Source: Octopus vulgaris
Lineage: Eukaryota
Direction of reading: 5' to 3'
DNA: 64,000 nt
Assembly (NCBI GenBank): GCA_951406725.2
Contig: OX597833.1
Location: 58,590,001 to 58,654,000, forward strand
Numbering within the stretch: the stretch's first letter is position 1; the number at the start of each line of letters is the position of its first letter. The notes beneath the pieces were generated by a model that worked only from the letters and a program-made list of their open reading frames with translations, had not been told where the DNA came from and did not search any database. This document shows positions 27,692 through 40,937 of the stretch, piece after piece. Both the position numbers and the translations under genes were made by a program.

Positions 27692-28111
27692 AAGGCAGGG
27701 AGCTGGCAGAAACATTAGCACGCTGGGTGAAATGCTTAGTGGTATTTTGTCTGCCGTTACGTTCTGAGTTCAAATTCCGCCGAGGTCGACTTTGCCTTTC
27801 ATCCTTTTAGGGTCGATAAATAAAGTACCAGTTACGCACTGGGGTCGATGTAATTGACTTAATCCCTTTGTCTGTCCTTGTTTGTCCCCTCTATGTTTAG
27901 CCCCTTGTGGGTAGTAAAGAAATAGGTATTTCATCTGCCGTTATGTTCTGAGTTCAAATTCCGCCGAGGTTGACTTTGCCTTTCATCCTTTCGGGGTCGA
28001 TGAAATAAGTACCAGTTATGCACTGGGGTCGATGTAATCGGCTTAATCCGTTTGTCTGTCCTTGTTTGTCCCTTCTATGTTTAGCCCCTTGTGGGCAATG
28101 ATGAAATAAGA
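27692..28111 (+). mobile_element. SINE family B, one head plus two bodies
   Basis: 19-bp TSD aacctagccaaaacagact. Confidence 0.88.
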
Positions 28112-28317
28112 AACCTAGCCAAAACAGACTATGAAAGATGGTGTTGCCCCTAACCTTGTCAGTTCCTATCAAGCTTTCTGGCCCATGCCAGCATGAAACA
28201 TAAATGTTGAACGCCAGTGATGATGAGGATGATGATCTCCATAACTACCAGCATTGTTACCATTCACTTCTACCACCACCATTATTATTGCTAGCTCCTG
28301 CTACCATCAACCACTAT

Positions 28318-28903
28318 CATCATCATCATCATCATCATTTAACATCCGTTCTCCATGGGTTGGACGGTTCGACCGGGGATCTGGGAAACCAGAAGGCTGC
28401 ACCAGGCTCTAGTCTGATCTGGCAGTGTTTCTACAGCTGGATGCCCTTCCTAACGCCAACCACTCCGAGAGTGTAGTGGGTGCTTTTTATGTGCCACCTG
28501 CACAGGTGCCAGGTGAGGCTGGCAATGGCCACGATCGGATTGGTGCTTTTTACGTGCCACCGGCACGGGAGCCAGTCAAGGCGGCACTGGCATCAGCCAC
28601 GTTCGGATGGTGGTTTTTACGTGCCACCGGCATGGAAGCCAGTCAAGGCGGCACTGGCATCGGCCACGTTCGGATGGTGCTTTTTACGTGCCACCGGCAC
28701 GGAAGCCAGTCAAGGCGGCACTGGCATCGGCCACGTTCAGATGGTGCTTTTTACGTGCCACCGGCATGGAAGCCAGTCAAGGTGGCGCTGGCATCGGCCA
28801 CGTTCGGACGGTGCTTTTTACATGGCACTGGCACGGAAGCCAGTCAAGGCAGCACTGGCATCGGCCACGTTCAGATGGTGCTTTTTACGTGCCACCGGCA
28901 CAG
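28318..28903 (-). mobile_element. Retroposon family C with five tandem 67-bp units
   Basis: Unit ggtgctttttacgtgccaccggcacggaagccagtcaaggcggcactggcatcggccacgttcggat. Confidence 0.82.
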
Positions 28904-29053
28904 GGATCACAACTGCAGTTTCCACTATCATCTCGCAAATCTGCTGTCACCAATACACACCGTAACCATCTCCAGTATTGTCTTTATATGATGTCACAGT
29001 TTGAATTTTTGGTGAATATCATTTCGTTGATATGCTAATATTCTTTTCTCTAG

Positions 29054-29231
29054 CTTAACTGGATTCACTGCACTGGTTCATACCAACTGTGCTGTGCCAT
29101 GGGACATAGAGTTTTCCAGCAATCAAGTTTCCTGGCCAGGCTTTGTCAATCCCGGACTTCTTCTTCTGCTTTATTGGACTGTTGCATTCCAATGTCGCCA
29201 CTGGATATACGAACAAAGCACTCTGAAAATG
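29054..29231 (+). CDS. Piezo: Piezo exon (LTGFTALVHTNCAVPWDIEFSSNQVSWPGFVNPGLLLLLYWTVAFQCRHWIYEQSTLKM)
   Basis: Acceptor ttttctctag, donor atg|gtactt, phase 2-0. TNC and WPxxxxPxxLLLLY motifs of Piezo. Confidence 0.9.
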
Positions 29232-29261
29232 GTACTTATTATTATTATTATTATTATTATT

Positions 29262-29478
29262 CTGTTTGACTTTTGCTTTACATTTGCACAAGCTGGCTCC
29301 AAGTCTCGCCCAGAGACCTCAAGAGACAACAAGCTGGAAGTTCATGTTGGTGTTATGCCTAGGGTGCCATATATTTGGTTTTGTACTTAGTGTTGTACTA
29401 GTGAATGCCTAAAAAAACCATACGAAAATTATGTTTGTTTTAAAACTTGAGATAACATAGAAAGTATTTTGCGTAGGA

Positions 29479-29481
<3 letters not shown>
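29262..29481 (-). mobile_element. R4/Dong-like LINE 3' end inserted in (TAA)n
   Basis: Minus strand reads ILRKILSM then a UTR; (ATT)n on both sides, the known Dong/R4 target. Confidence 0.55.
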
Positions 29482-29523
<42 letters not shown>

Positions 29524-30104
29524 CTCCGCCTTAGCAAAGGTGGAGGTGTTGTTTTCAGTCATGTTTGTTTGTTTGTTTATCTATGGACAAGATATCTCAA
29601 GAACCACTGAATGGATTTGGATGAAACTCTCAGGGATGTTTGGCCTCGTGACTGGTGCGAACTGATTAAATTTTGGGATCAATCCGGTACCCACAAGGAT
29701 TCTGGATTATTTGTTATATTTACTTTACTTTTCATGAAGTATTAACGATCTTACATTGATTTCAAGTCTTTCTCTGATTATCTCCCTTGAAAGCATGCTC
29801 ATGGTTTCCACGTAAGTGAAGGTGGCGTTGCTGTTTCCAAAGTTTTATTTTTGTTTCTCTATTTTAATTTTACTCGCGTCTCCATCTTGTGACCGCTTGT
29901 GAAATTCATATTCCCACGAAACTTCTTCCACCGCCATGGTTCGAGATGCCTCGAGGGTGGTGGAAGAAGCTGAGACTCAACCCGGCCAGGGTGAATGTCG
30001 CCACAAGTACATGGAGCTGAAGGAGATGTGTCCATGTGTATCATATGCAAAACACAGGGCTGATAAAAAGGTTGTCTGTCATAGCAGAATTGATACCAGT
30101 GTTG

Positions 30105-30321
30105 GTTCCACATAAAAAGCACTCCTGCTGGTGCCACATTAAAAGCTTTCATGCTGGTGCCACATTAAAAGCACTCCTGCTGGTGCCACATTAAAAGCAC
30201 TTGTGCTGGTGTCACATTAAAAGCACTCCTACTGGTGCTACATTAAAAGCTTTCATGCTGGTGCCACATTAAAAGTAATCCTGCTGGTGCCACATTAAAA
30301 GCACTCCTGCTGGTGCCACAT
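30105..30321. repeat. 26-bp minisatellite (aaaagcactcctgctggtgccacatt)
   Basis: About 8 units, related to the family C internal repeat. Confidence 0.85.
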
Positions 30322-30986
30322 GAGCCATTGGACTGCAGCCTGCTGAGGTTACCACTTTGCAGGGTTTTGTCGGACAAATCAACCCCAGTGTTTATTGTTT
30401 TTAAAGTACTTCCAATCTCTTATTCTATCAGTCTCTTTTGCTGAACTGCTAAGTAACAGAGATATAAACAAACCAACACCAGTGATAGAGGACAAACATA
30501 ACACACACACACACACATACATACACAATGGGATGCTTTCAATTTCTGTCTACCAAATCCTCTTATAAGGCCTCGGTTGGCCAGGGGCTGTAGAGGAGGA
30601 GACTTACCCAAGATGAAATGCAGTGGAACTGAACTCAAAATCAAATGGTTGGGGAAGCAAGCTCTTTAACCACACAGCCACAGCTGCAGATCTATGTATA
30701 GATTCATTTGCTTTACATGATAAATGTTGAGCTAAAAGTGGTAATATTTGTTGACATTCTGTGTCAACAAATTGTTTGCCAGTTCTGTGCTTTTCAAGAT
30801 GTGAAATAAAAGAATCCTTTGTTTGTAAAACAGGTGAGGTTTAGTGACAGAAATAGCCTCTGATTGTTTAGAAAAAAACAAAGAACAAAAGTCAAGCTGG
30901 AAAGCATATGTCTCACCCCGGTACTATGGGGGAAATAGACATAAAATGAGTAAACAAACTGCTGTTCCTCAAATTCTATAGCGTTT

Positions 30987-31140
30987 TGTGGCTGTGTGGT
31001 AAGTAGCTTGCTTACCAACCACATGGTTCCGGGTTCAGTCCCACTGCGTGGCACCTTGGGCAAGTGTCTTCTACTATAGCCTTGGGCTGACCAAAACCTT
31101 GTGAGTGGATTTGGTAGACGGAAACTGAAAGAAGCCTGTC

Positions 31141-31186
<46 letters not shown>

Positions 31187-31730
31187 ATGGGAAGGCACAT
31201 GGCTTAGTGGTTAGGGTATTCGGCTCATGATCTAAGGTCGTGAGTTCAATTCTCAGTGACGCGTTGTGTCCTTGAGCAAGACACTTTATTTCATGTTGCT
31301 CCAGTCCACTCAGCTGGCCAAAATGAGTAGTACCTGTATTTCAAAGGGTCAGTCTTGTCACACTCTGTGTCATGCTGAATCTCCCCAAGAACTACATTAA
31401 GGGTACATGTGTTTGTGGAATGCTCAGCCATTTGCACGTTAATTTCACAAGCAAGCTGTTCCATTGATCATATCAGCCGGGACCCTCATCGTCATAACCA
31501 ATGTAGTGCTCCTACCTACCTATATATATATATGTGTGTGTGTGTCTGTGTTTGCCCTTCCACCATCACTTGACAACCGATGCTGGTGTATTTACATCCC
31601 TGTAACTAAGCGGTTCAGCAAAAGATACCGATAGAATAAGTACTAGGCTTACAAAGAATAAGTCCTGGGGTCTGTTTGTTCGACTAAAGGTGGTGTTCCA
31701 GCAAGTCAAATAACAAACAAGTAAACAAAT
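30987..31730 (+). mobile_element. SINE family A with a second tRNA-SINE (about 31194-31512) nested in its central microsatellite
   Basis: The inner element has its own A box (TGGCTTAGTGG) and B box (GAGTTCAATTC); the outer element resumes after (TA)n(TG)n. Confidence 0.8.
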
Positions 31731-32072
31731 AAAATAAAAAAAGAATATATATAAAATATTTAAAAAAAGAATATATATATATATATATTCCTATTGAGAG
31801 GACAAAAATATTTGAAAAGGAAAACCGTTATATGCAGGAATATAAAAGAAATATTTGCATTTCACATTATCTCTTAATATCCTTCCACCTTCTATACTGA
31901 TGGACGATAACGGTGATTCCATGAGATTAATGTTTGCTTATCGTTGCCGATATGAAGTAATCGGTCAATAAAATTGACATTGATAGCAACAAAACAAAAC
32001 AAACTTTATTATTTATTTTTTTTTTAGGTTTTGTTTTTATCTAGTCAGAAAATTTAATTCTATACATGTGTA

Positions 32073-32108
<36 letters not shown>

Positions 32109-32115
32109 ATAGATT

Positions 32116-32680
32116 TGGTTCTGTGATCCATCTATAAATGTCAGTAATGACTCTACAACCATGCCAACATAGAAAACACAGTAAAATCACAAACACACAC
32201 ACACATGTTTGGAGGGGCACCCAGCTATAGAAACAAAGCCAAAAAATGAAACCCAAGAGTGAAACCCATGTGGTTCTGTGATCCATCTATAAATGTCAGT
32301 AACGACAGTCCAACCATGCCAACATAGAAAACACAGTAAAATCACAAACACAAACACACACATGTTTGGAGGGGCACCCAGCTATAGAAACAAAGCCAAA
32401 AAATGAAACCCAAGAGTGAAACCCATGTGGTTCTGTGATCCATCTATAAATGTCAGTAACGACAGTCCAACCATGCCAACATAGAAAACACAGTAAAATC
32501 ACAAACACAAACACACACATGTTTGGAGGGGCACCCAGCTATAGAAACAAAGCCAAAAAATGAAACCCAAGAGTGAAACCCATGTGGTTCTGTGATCCAT
32601 CTATAAATGTCAGTAACGACAGTCCAACCATGCCAACATAGAAAACACAGTAAAATCTGAAATACACACACACACATGCA
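32116..32680. repeat. 157-bp tandem repeat, about 3.5 copies
   Basis: tggttctgtgatcc at 32116, 32271, 32428 and 32585. Confidence 0.92.
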
Positions 32681-33321
32681 TGTAATATTATACATAAAAA
32701 CAACACCCACAAAGAAGACAGGAAAATGTATATAATTTCAAAGCCATAATTTTTAGCAGAGTCAATAAAATCAGAAAATTTCGTTAGATCTCTCCCCGCT
32801 TTTTCTCAGCAAGAAATGCTGCCTTTTCTCTCTCACTAAATCACTCTCTCTCACTCTTTCTCGCTTCACTTGTTTCTTTGTTTATCTCAGAGGCTCTTCC
32901 TGACATCAACAATAATTCAGCCAACCTTGTATTGTAACATATACACTCACTTGCACGCAGACAAGTGCAAATAACATATACACATATATATATTTATGAC
33001 ATTTTGTTAGCAATCAGGTTATTGATATCTGATGATGCAATTTCACAGTTGATATATTATTATTCTGTATTGTATTACATAGAATATGTATATATATATA
33101 TATATATATATTGATATTTGAAATTTACAAAAAAACAAAAAACAAAGTCAGGTGTATAAACAACAAGCAGGTGTATTAGTTTGACACTCAAGAAGGTGAG
33201 AAAGTGTTTTACGTTTCAAGCCTGCGCTCTTCAACAGAAAGGAACACGAGGAAATAAACAGAGAGAGAATAAAAAAAGCTTGTGGATTTAGTGGTAAATT
33301 ATGACAACTATATATATATAT

Positions 33322-33364
<43 letters not shown>

Positions 33365-33720
33365 CGCAGGAGTGGCTGTGTGGTAAGTAGCTTGCTAACC
33401 AACCACAAGGTTCCGGGTTCAGTCCCACTGCGTGGCATCTTGGGCAAGTGTCTTCTGCTATAGCCCCGGGCCAACCAATGCCTTGTGAGTGGATTTGGTA
33501 GACGGAAACTGAAAATAACTTACAGCTGTTTCAGCTAAGAGGTAAAAATACCTCATTCTGCCTTTATTACTCCAGTAGAGTGAAGAAATCATTTATATTT
33601 CTTTAAAATGGTTACTATGTCTCTTCTGTAATATAATTTCTTTGTGTGTATATATACAGACACACACACATACATACTTGTAATATAATTTTTTTTTTTT
33701 TTTTTTTTTTTTTTTTGCAG

Positions 33721-33807
33721 ACAACTGACGTCAAATCAGCCTCAGCCTATATTGTAGCCAAGAGACGGGTTCATCATCATCGCCGCCATTCTGGATCTGA
33801 GCGGCAG
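33721..33807 (+). CDS. Piezo: Piezo cytoplasmic-loop exon (TTDVKSASAYIVAKRRVHHHRRHSGSERQ); alternative donor at 33834 possible
   Basis: Long poly-T tract then gcag acceptor; open in phase 0; donors cag|gtagtg and aag|gtttgg. Not a conserved region, so assigned by phase and position. Confidence 0.7.
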
Positions 33808-34527
33808 GTAGTGCCGCCGAATGCTTCAGATAAGGTTTGGTGGAATTTCAATTCCAAAGAGCTGTTGTCGCCATATTTTCATTGTTGTTCAATATTTATT
33901 TAAATTTCTTATTAACTTCGTTAAATTTAAGCTTTAATCTTCAACAACCTGGAAACTCGAAATCATCTTACTTCATCAAACAAAACTCTCATTCTGCAAC
34001 ATTCTCAGTTGTCGGTCTTCATTAGCCCACCTCTAATGAAAACCTACTTTAACTCTGCTTAAAATATGCTAAGAACAGCAGATTGCAAAGCCATATTGGA
34101 GATAATTTACATTTGGTTTAGAGAGGTGTGTTTCTATAGATATCGACCCTGTCATTCTATCTTCTGAATTATATTCCTATAAGTGAAATAAAAAGATATC
34201 ATTTTAGTGTTCTACCACTTTCTGGAATCTGTTTGCTCTGACTTAGCGTCCTCTGGCTTTCCGTGTTCATACAAGAGATGATAATGAAGTTTTATGAGAA
34301 GGCAAAAAATACAGATGGTCGAGTCCGATGTATAAATTGTGTAGTAATTCATATTAGAGAAGCTAGTTGTTGCAGTTGAGCATAAATGAGTTTATTGATA
34401 AACGTCTGTTGCAGATGCAGAGTTCTTTGAGTCTTTAGAGCATCAATCTTCATGACAGCATCATAAATAAGTCGATTTTGGAAAGCCTGTCCTTATTTTG
34501 ATGATTTCTAAATCTGCAGCCAGAGAC

Positions 34528-34565
<38 letters not shown>

Positions 34566-34837
34566 CAATAATATAGGGTGAAATTAATTAATTTAGAAAT
34601 AATCATTAATTTCACCAAGTAGAGTTCGGCATGTAAAAGACCCATTCAAGGAAGGTTTAAGTAATACTAATTAATTAAGGGTTCTTTCTAAAGAATAGCC
34701 AAAACTTTTTGACTGCTATTTCTAAATTCGGTATGTGGTGAGGCAAATCGTTGCTGAACCCTTAATTAATTAGTATATATATATAAGTCAATAAATGGTG
34801 GGGTTGTGTTAACCGCACATGGAGAAATGATAGGAGA

Positions 34838-35042
34838 GGAAAAAATAATAAGGCAGAATGCTAAAGTGAAAGTAAATTTTAATAAAAATGGGTATATGGA
34901 AAATTGAAAAAGAAATCAAACTGGCTTTCATTGAAAATTTGCCTTGCAATGAAAGCCGATTTGACTTTTTCAATTTTTCACACACCCTTTTTTTTCAAAT
35001 TTACTTTCAATTTAGCATTCTGCCTTATTATTTTTTTTTTCC
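34838..35042. repeat. Palindrome beside (TA)n, about 95-bp arms
   Basis: aataataaggcagaatgctaaa / tttagcattctgccttattatt; inner ggctttcattg / caatgaaagcc (imperfect). Confidence 0.85.
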
Positions 35043-35075
<33 letters not shown>

Positions 35076-35859
35076 TTGTGTATATTTCTGTGCAGTTGTC
35101 ATGTACGACAAATACAACCAGCTCATGGTACCTATTCACAGCTGGATAGTATTGGTTATTACTGAGAGTTAAATGTCTTTGCTAGACATACTGTAACAGT
35201 ATTGATGGAGTATGACCACCTGAAATTCTTTGAAACATTGATTTCTCTCCTATTTAACTCAGCCAACAACGGTTTTATCATTTTGTCCGGCTCATATTAT
35301 TCATATGAAATAACTCATCTGTTACTATGTTCATCTCTGTCTTTTTTTTAAGAGCATCTTCTTTGCCTGCTGATTCTAAAATGTTTATTTACCTCTTTGT
35401 TATTCTAATATTCGGTGTTGCATGTTATATAGTCTTTTGCTTGGACATTGCGATTTACCTTGCATGTATTAGTTTTTGTGTTCTTAACAGCCTGAAATAG
35501 TCACAACATCCAATGTGCTTGGCATTTTTTGTATTTGTCCCTTCCATTATATCACCACAGGTAAACTTGCATGCTTGGTGTTTATGCTTTGCCCCTATTT
35601 ATTAGTCTACAAAAGAAAGGTTTTTACCCACAGATGACTGTGGTTCTCTTACAGAACAGAGAATCCTAAAACGAAATACAGCAGTTAGTTGTAACTCCGC
35701 ATGTTTAGTGTCTTTTCCAAAGATGCAATTTGGGACCATGATTATAATGGAAACCATAAATTCCCCGATTAGTCTGAAATGCTAAAAAAACTGAATAACT
35801 AAAACTTGTCATTATGTGCTCATTGCCCAGAGTGTGACACAATAATTAAATATAAGAAA

Positions 35860-36344
35860 CTATACATACATACATATATATGTGTATATATATATGTATA
35901 TATATGTGTATATATATATATATATGTATATATATATGTGTATATATATGTATGTATATATATGTATATATATATATGTATTTATATGTATATATATATG
36001 TATTTATATGTATATATATATATATATGTATGTATATATATGTATATATATATGTATGTATATATATGTATATATATATGTATGTATATATATGTATATA
36101 TATATGTATGTATATATATATATATATATGTATTTATATGTATATATATATATATGTATATATATGTGTATGTATATATATATGTATATATGTGTATGTA
36201 TATATATGTATATATATATATATATGTATATATATGTGTATGTATATATATGTGTATGTATATATATGTGTATGTATATATATATATATATGTGTATGTA
36301 TATATATGTATATATATGTGTATATATATGTATGTATATATATG

Positions 36345-36381
<37 letters not shown>

Positions 36382-36436
36382 GTATATATATATATGTATA
36401 TATATATATGTATATATATATATGAATATATATATA
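35860..36436. repeat. Compound (TA)n/(TG) microsatellite
   Basis: Direct reading. Confidence 0.97.
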
Positions 36437-37360
36437 CGCCCCCTTACTCACCCGAGGTGGCCTTCAATATAGGTAAATATTTCCTAGCACTGATAGATAG
36501 ACATTTTCCAGTTAACCATGCTTATAGGAAACTCTTCAATAGACACAATTTAAAAATTAGTTTTAGTTCAACTACCAATTTTAAAAACATAATCAATCAT
36601 AACATACAAAAAACACAAGAAGAAAACAGCTGTTCATGCAGGAATAAAGAATTGTGCCCGCTAAATGGAGCTTGCATCTCCAAGACCATCATATATGAAG
36701 CTACCGTAAACTCTATAACCACTAAAGACACCGTTTCGACGAAGAAATACGTGGGCCTGACAGAGGGTAATTTCAAGGCCAGGTTCAATAACCACACTTT
36801 GAGCTTTAGGCACTGGAACAAAAGAAAAGCGACACAATTATCCAATCATATTTGGTCTTTAAGAGATAAAGGTGTCGATTATAACATACAATGGAAGATT
36901 TTGGCCAGATGTAAGCCCTATACTAACGGCAGCGGAAGGTGCGGTTTATGCGACATGGAGAGATGGCTTATCTGGAAAAGCAGCTTAGACCCTACCACAT
37001 GTCTAAATACAAGGACAGAGCTTTTCGGATCATGCCCACATGTGACTAAATTTCTGTTACGTTTTTGGTCCCCTAAAGAAAACGGATAGAACATGCTTTC
37101 TGTGTTATGTCCCAAGAAGATTTTATATATTTTTATATATTTTTATGTATTTTTATATAATTTTTATGACGAAAAATGCGAGCGATGTATAAGTACGCAG
37201 GCAAAGCAGAGTTATAACAGAGTAATTTCCCTTCATTTTTAACGGTATTTTTTCATAACGTTTTCAAATAGCCAGATAACCGAAGAGATGGTGTTGTGGA
37301 TTTCCACTTCGGCATCTGAAACTCAGAGTTTTATCTTGACTACCGAGTAATGTAACATAT
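36432..37360 (+). mobile_element. 5'-truncated Penelope-like retroelement (Naiad-type): linker, GIY-YIG endonuclease, 3' pLTR with hammerhead
   Basis: Open frame to stop at 37089: [34 protein letters not shown]...YVG.T...FKARF..H, CxxC, LNxRxE. Embedded in (TA)-rich microsatellite. Confidence 0.9.
37270..37341 (+). ncRNA. Type I hammerhead-like ribozyme, CCGAAGA core variant
   Basis: AGCCAGATAA-CCGAAGA-GATG..CATC-T-GAAA-CTCAGAG-TT-TTATCTTGACT; stems I, II and III pair. Confidence 0.55.
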
Positions 37361-37405
37361 TGTATAGATATATATGTATATATATATATGTATATATATA
37401 TATGA

Positions 37406-37443
<38 letters not shown>

Positions 37444-37461
37444 GTATATATATATGTATTT

Positions 37462-37505
<44 letters not shown>

Positions 37506-37769
37506 GTATATATATGTGTATATATATGTGTATATATATATATATATATCCAGTTAGTGCTGACTGTTAGAAAGAAGATTACTTGATCCTATAGTAGAGA
37601 TTAATAATATTTTATTTTAGTTGACTCAGTCTCTTGCTACTCTGAGTTTTCCCAATGAGTGCATGAAGCTTTTCAGGCAAGTTCTGACCTTGTAACTTGC
37701 CTGAAGACCTCATGCATTCACATGCAAAACTCAGAGCAGCGAAGAAGATGACTCGATCAAAATGAAATG

Positions 37770-37807
<38 letters not shown>

Positions 37808-37812
<5 letters not shown>

Positions 37813-38053
37813 CAAAATGGGACAAGAACGCAAAACATCCAGATACACGATACAAAAAATGGACGGGTCATTCGAAGCTTCTAATCTTCAGTCAAGAACC
37901 GGATTATCCTCGCAATTTAATCACTCAAGATTAATCAGCCGAAATTGCAAGGATGATTTGGTTCTTGACTGAAGATTAGAGGCTTCGAATGACCCGTCCG
38001 TTTTTTTGTATCGTCTATTTGAATGATTTGCGTTCTTGTCCCATTTTGTATTT
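37808..38053. repeat. Palindrome in (TA)n, about 110-bp arms
   Basis: aaatacaaaatgggacaagaacgcaaa... / ...tttgcgttcttgtcccattttgtattt. Confidence 0.88.
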
Positions 38054-38067
38054 TTATATATATTTTT

Positions 38068-38133
<66 letters not shown>

Positions 38134-39671
38134 GGCGGTGCCCCAGCATGGCCACAGCTCATGAGCTGAAACTAGAATCAATCATATATATGTATATAAA
38201 TCACAAGTTTTTTATATTTTTGTGTACTCAATTGATTTATATACCTAGATGTGTGTAGACTTCTCTACTGGAAATACTCGTTTCTCGAAATCATTGTTCT
38301 TTATTTATTGAAACTGTCACTTGCGTTTGCATAGTTATAGATTTTCGTGATTATTTCTCCTCTAAACGACTCACACCAGAGCATCTACTTTGCATGCGGT
38401 CACGCACAAAGCTAGAAATCTCAGCTGTTTTCTGAAGCACATTTTCAGTTTTTTAATAATTTATGTGAATTTAGAAATAATTACAGTGTTTAAAACCTCA
38501 TTCGTTTCACTATTGCTATGTTAAATTAATTAGTTTCTGGCATCTCGCCCTAGTTGTAGTTTCTCTCTTCTCAGCAACCTTATCTCTATCAAATATGTGA
38601 TGAAATTTGCAGGGTCATATGTTCTGATCTTTCTCTTATTGCACCTGACACTCTTTATAATTTTTTCACTTTATTCTCTTTCGTTGAATGATCCTGAAAG
38701 CATATGTCTATGTGTGTGTGTATGCACACTCACGCACACACATAAACATTATAATGCTCAATATCTATTTTATAGCATTTAATTAGTTAATAAGCTAGAT
38801 GAAAGAATCTGAAGAAAGGCAAGACGGTGAGCTGGCAGAAATGTTAGCATGCCGGGCGAAATGCTTAGCGGTATTTCGTCTACCATTACGTTCTGAGTTC
38901 AAATTCCGCCGAGGTCAACTTTGCCTTTCATCCTTTCAGGGTCGATTGAATAAGTACCTTACCTTTCGCCTTTTCGGGGTTAATAAAATAAGTGCCAGTT
39001 GATCACTAGGGTCGATACAGTCTGAAATTGCTGGTCTTGTATCAAAATTTGAAACCAATATTATTCTGTTGCTTCTCTTGGCCATTCTTGGATTTTACTT
39101 GTTTCATGGAGCAAAAGCAATTTAATTTTTTATTACTTCCTGACAATGAAGTGTCATCATCATCATCATCATCATCGTTTAACGTCCGTTCTCCATGCTA
39201 GCATGGGTTGGACGATCAACTGTCGACTATCTCAATTGAATAGTAACAATGGTGTGGTGATGTTTGTTGATAGTAAAAATAGGGTAGGTGGCTATGGGGT
39301 ATAGTGATGGGGTGATGGTGACGTATTGGTGGTGGTAATGAAATCGTTAGCTGGTAATGAAACCAACAGCTGAGAGAGTATAATTACATCTGAATTACAT
39401 CACTTGACCTGTGCTATTTACATGAAGTCTCTTAAATGAGGAAACATGTGTAGATAAAGGCTTCTTACATGAATAGCTTGTTTACAAGTCTGAACATGCT
39501 TTTAGCATACTCGAACTGGTGTTAACATTGCATTTTGACTCATCATTACTTAGTGCATTCTCCTTGTAAAGTTTTCTTAGAATATGACAAAATGAATGAA
39601 AGTTACAGATAAGGAAATAATTTTATTCTCAAATGCAGGATAATGCTAATATAATAATAATAATAATAATA

Positions 39672-40224
39672 ATCTGATGCAGTACCAGGCAGTGGCTCTC
39701 ATAGCTTCTGATCTTGACTGATTGGAAGTGTTATCATGTACATTGTTTTGTCATGGTATAAAAGATGGGCTACAGCAAATATTCTGCTCAATACCACAGA
39801 TTTGCTTGTCAGTTGTTTGACTTTAACCAGTTGAGCATGTCCCTTAGTGGTTGACGATATGTGCATCTCTGATCACGAGCAGAAGTAGTGGGGGAGCATC
39901 ATAGCCATGTGTTGAGAGGGATTCTTTGGGGTTTGAATAATTCACCTCTGGAAACATGGGTGGTTTTTTCAACATCCTTAAACAACCCTTATTCAGGGAC
40001 CGTTTGAGTGGGATGGGCTACTCGACCAGAACAAAATTCTAACTGGGCCCCACCTGCAAGGTCATGTGCTGTTTATCTTGATATGAGATCACCATGTCGC
40101 GCACATGTGGTTGTGATGCATGTGCCTGGTGTGCCCTTATCAGACGGGTAGTCATGATGGGTATATTGGGCTTCGTATATTTTACCCCAGTGTCACTTTG
40201 ATGACATGCACTGCTCTCTCACTC
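39672..40224. mobile_element. Unclassified insertion in (TAA)n
   Basis: Higher-GC complex block with sharp (TAA)n boundaries on both sides. Confidence 0.4.
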
Positions 40225-40337
40225 AATAATAATAATATAGCATAAACAGGATAAACTATCCATATTTTTCAGAAAAATCTGTCAGACCATTAACAGATTT
40301 TTCTGCAAAATATGGGTAATTAATACTGTTTATGCTA

Positions 40338-40350
<13 letters not shown>
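40225..40350. repeat. Palindrome in (ATT)n, about 55-bp arms
   Basis: aatatagcataaacag..cagaaaaatctgt / acagatttttctg..ctgtttatgctatatt. Confidence 0.8.
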
Positions 40351-40374
<24 letters not shown>

Positions 40375-40511
40375 TATTATTATTATTATTATTATTATAT
40401 TATTATTATTATTTTTACTATCACCATTATTATTATTATTATTAGGAGGAGGAGGAAGAGGTAATTTCTTTTCAGGAAATTGGAAAACGTTTTGTCTTTT
40501 TCAAGTATTGT

Positions 40512-40715
40512 TCATAAGTAATGACTCGTGGTTTATTGTGTTGATTAAGCGATGGTTCATAGTGTTATTGTATTGATTAGTAATGACTCATAGGGTTTAT
40601 TGTGTTAAGTAATGACTCAGTGTTATTGTGTTAATAAGTGATGACTCGTAGTGGCATTGTGTTAATAAGTAATGACTCGTAGTGGTATTGCATTGGTAAG
40701 TGGTGAATCATAGTA
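40512..40715. repeat. Degenerate minisatellite of about 31 bp
   Basis: aagtaatgactcgtagtgg...ttgtgttaat units. Confidence 0.75.
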
Positions 40716-40937
40716 CATAGTTAAAGTTTTTGCATTCTAAGTTCAGGTTCTAGTATGGTCAGCTTTGACTTCCATCTCCCAAAAGTTGCTAAAGTAAGAA
40801 CCTGCGAGGTACTTTAGTGAATTCAAGGTACTTGGGGTCTCGTAGTCAAGTAAGAAGTTAATGTTCAGCTCAAAAGGCAAAGCAAGTTCTCACACAGGTT
40901 AGCCATACTGGAGCAGACCTATGATCAAAAGCACGAT

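Noticed and set aside
28425-29038. Overlapping 143-188 aa ORFs
   Set aside because: Internal tandem repeats of retroposon family C; the same peptides recur at every copy.
31886-31970. Hammerhead-like two-stem motif after CTGATGG
   Set aside because: Lacks the GAAA core; too degenerate to call.
35806-36431. N-terminal half of the 427-aa ORF (YIYVY...)
   Set aside because: (TA/TG)n microsatellite fused by chance to the PLE endonuclease frame.
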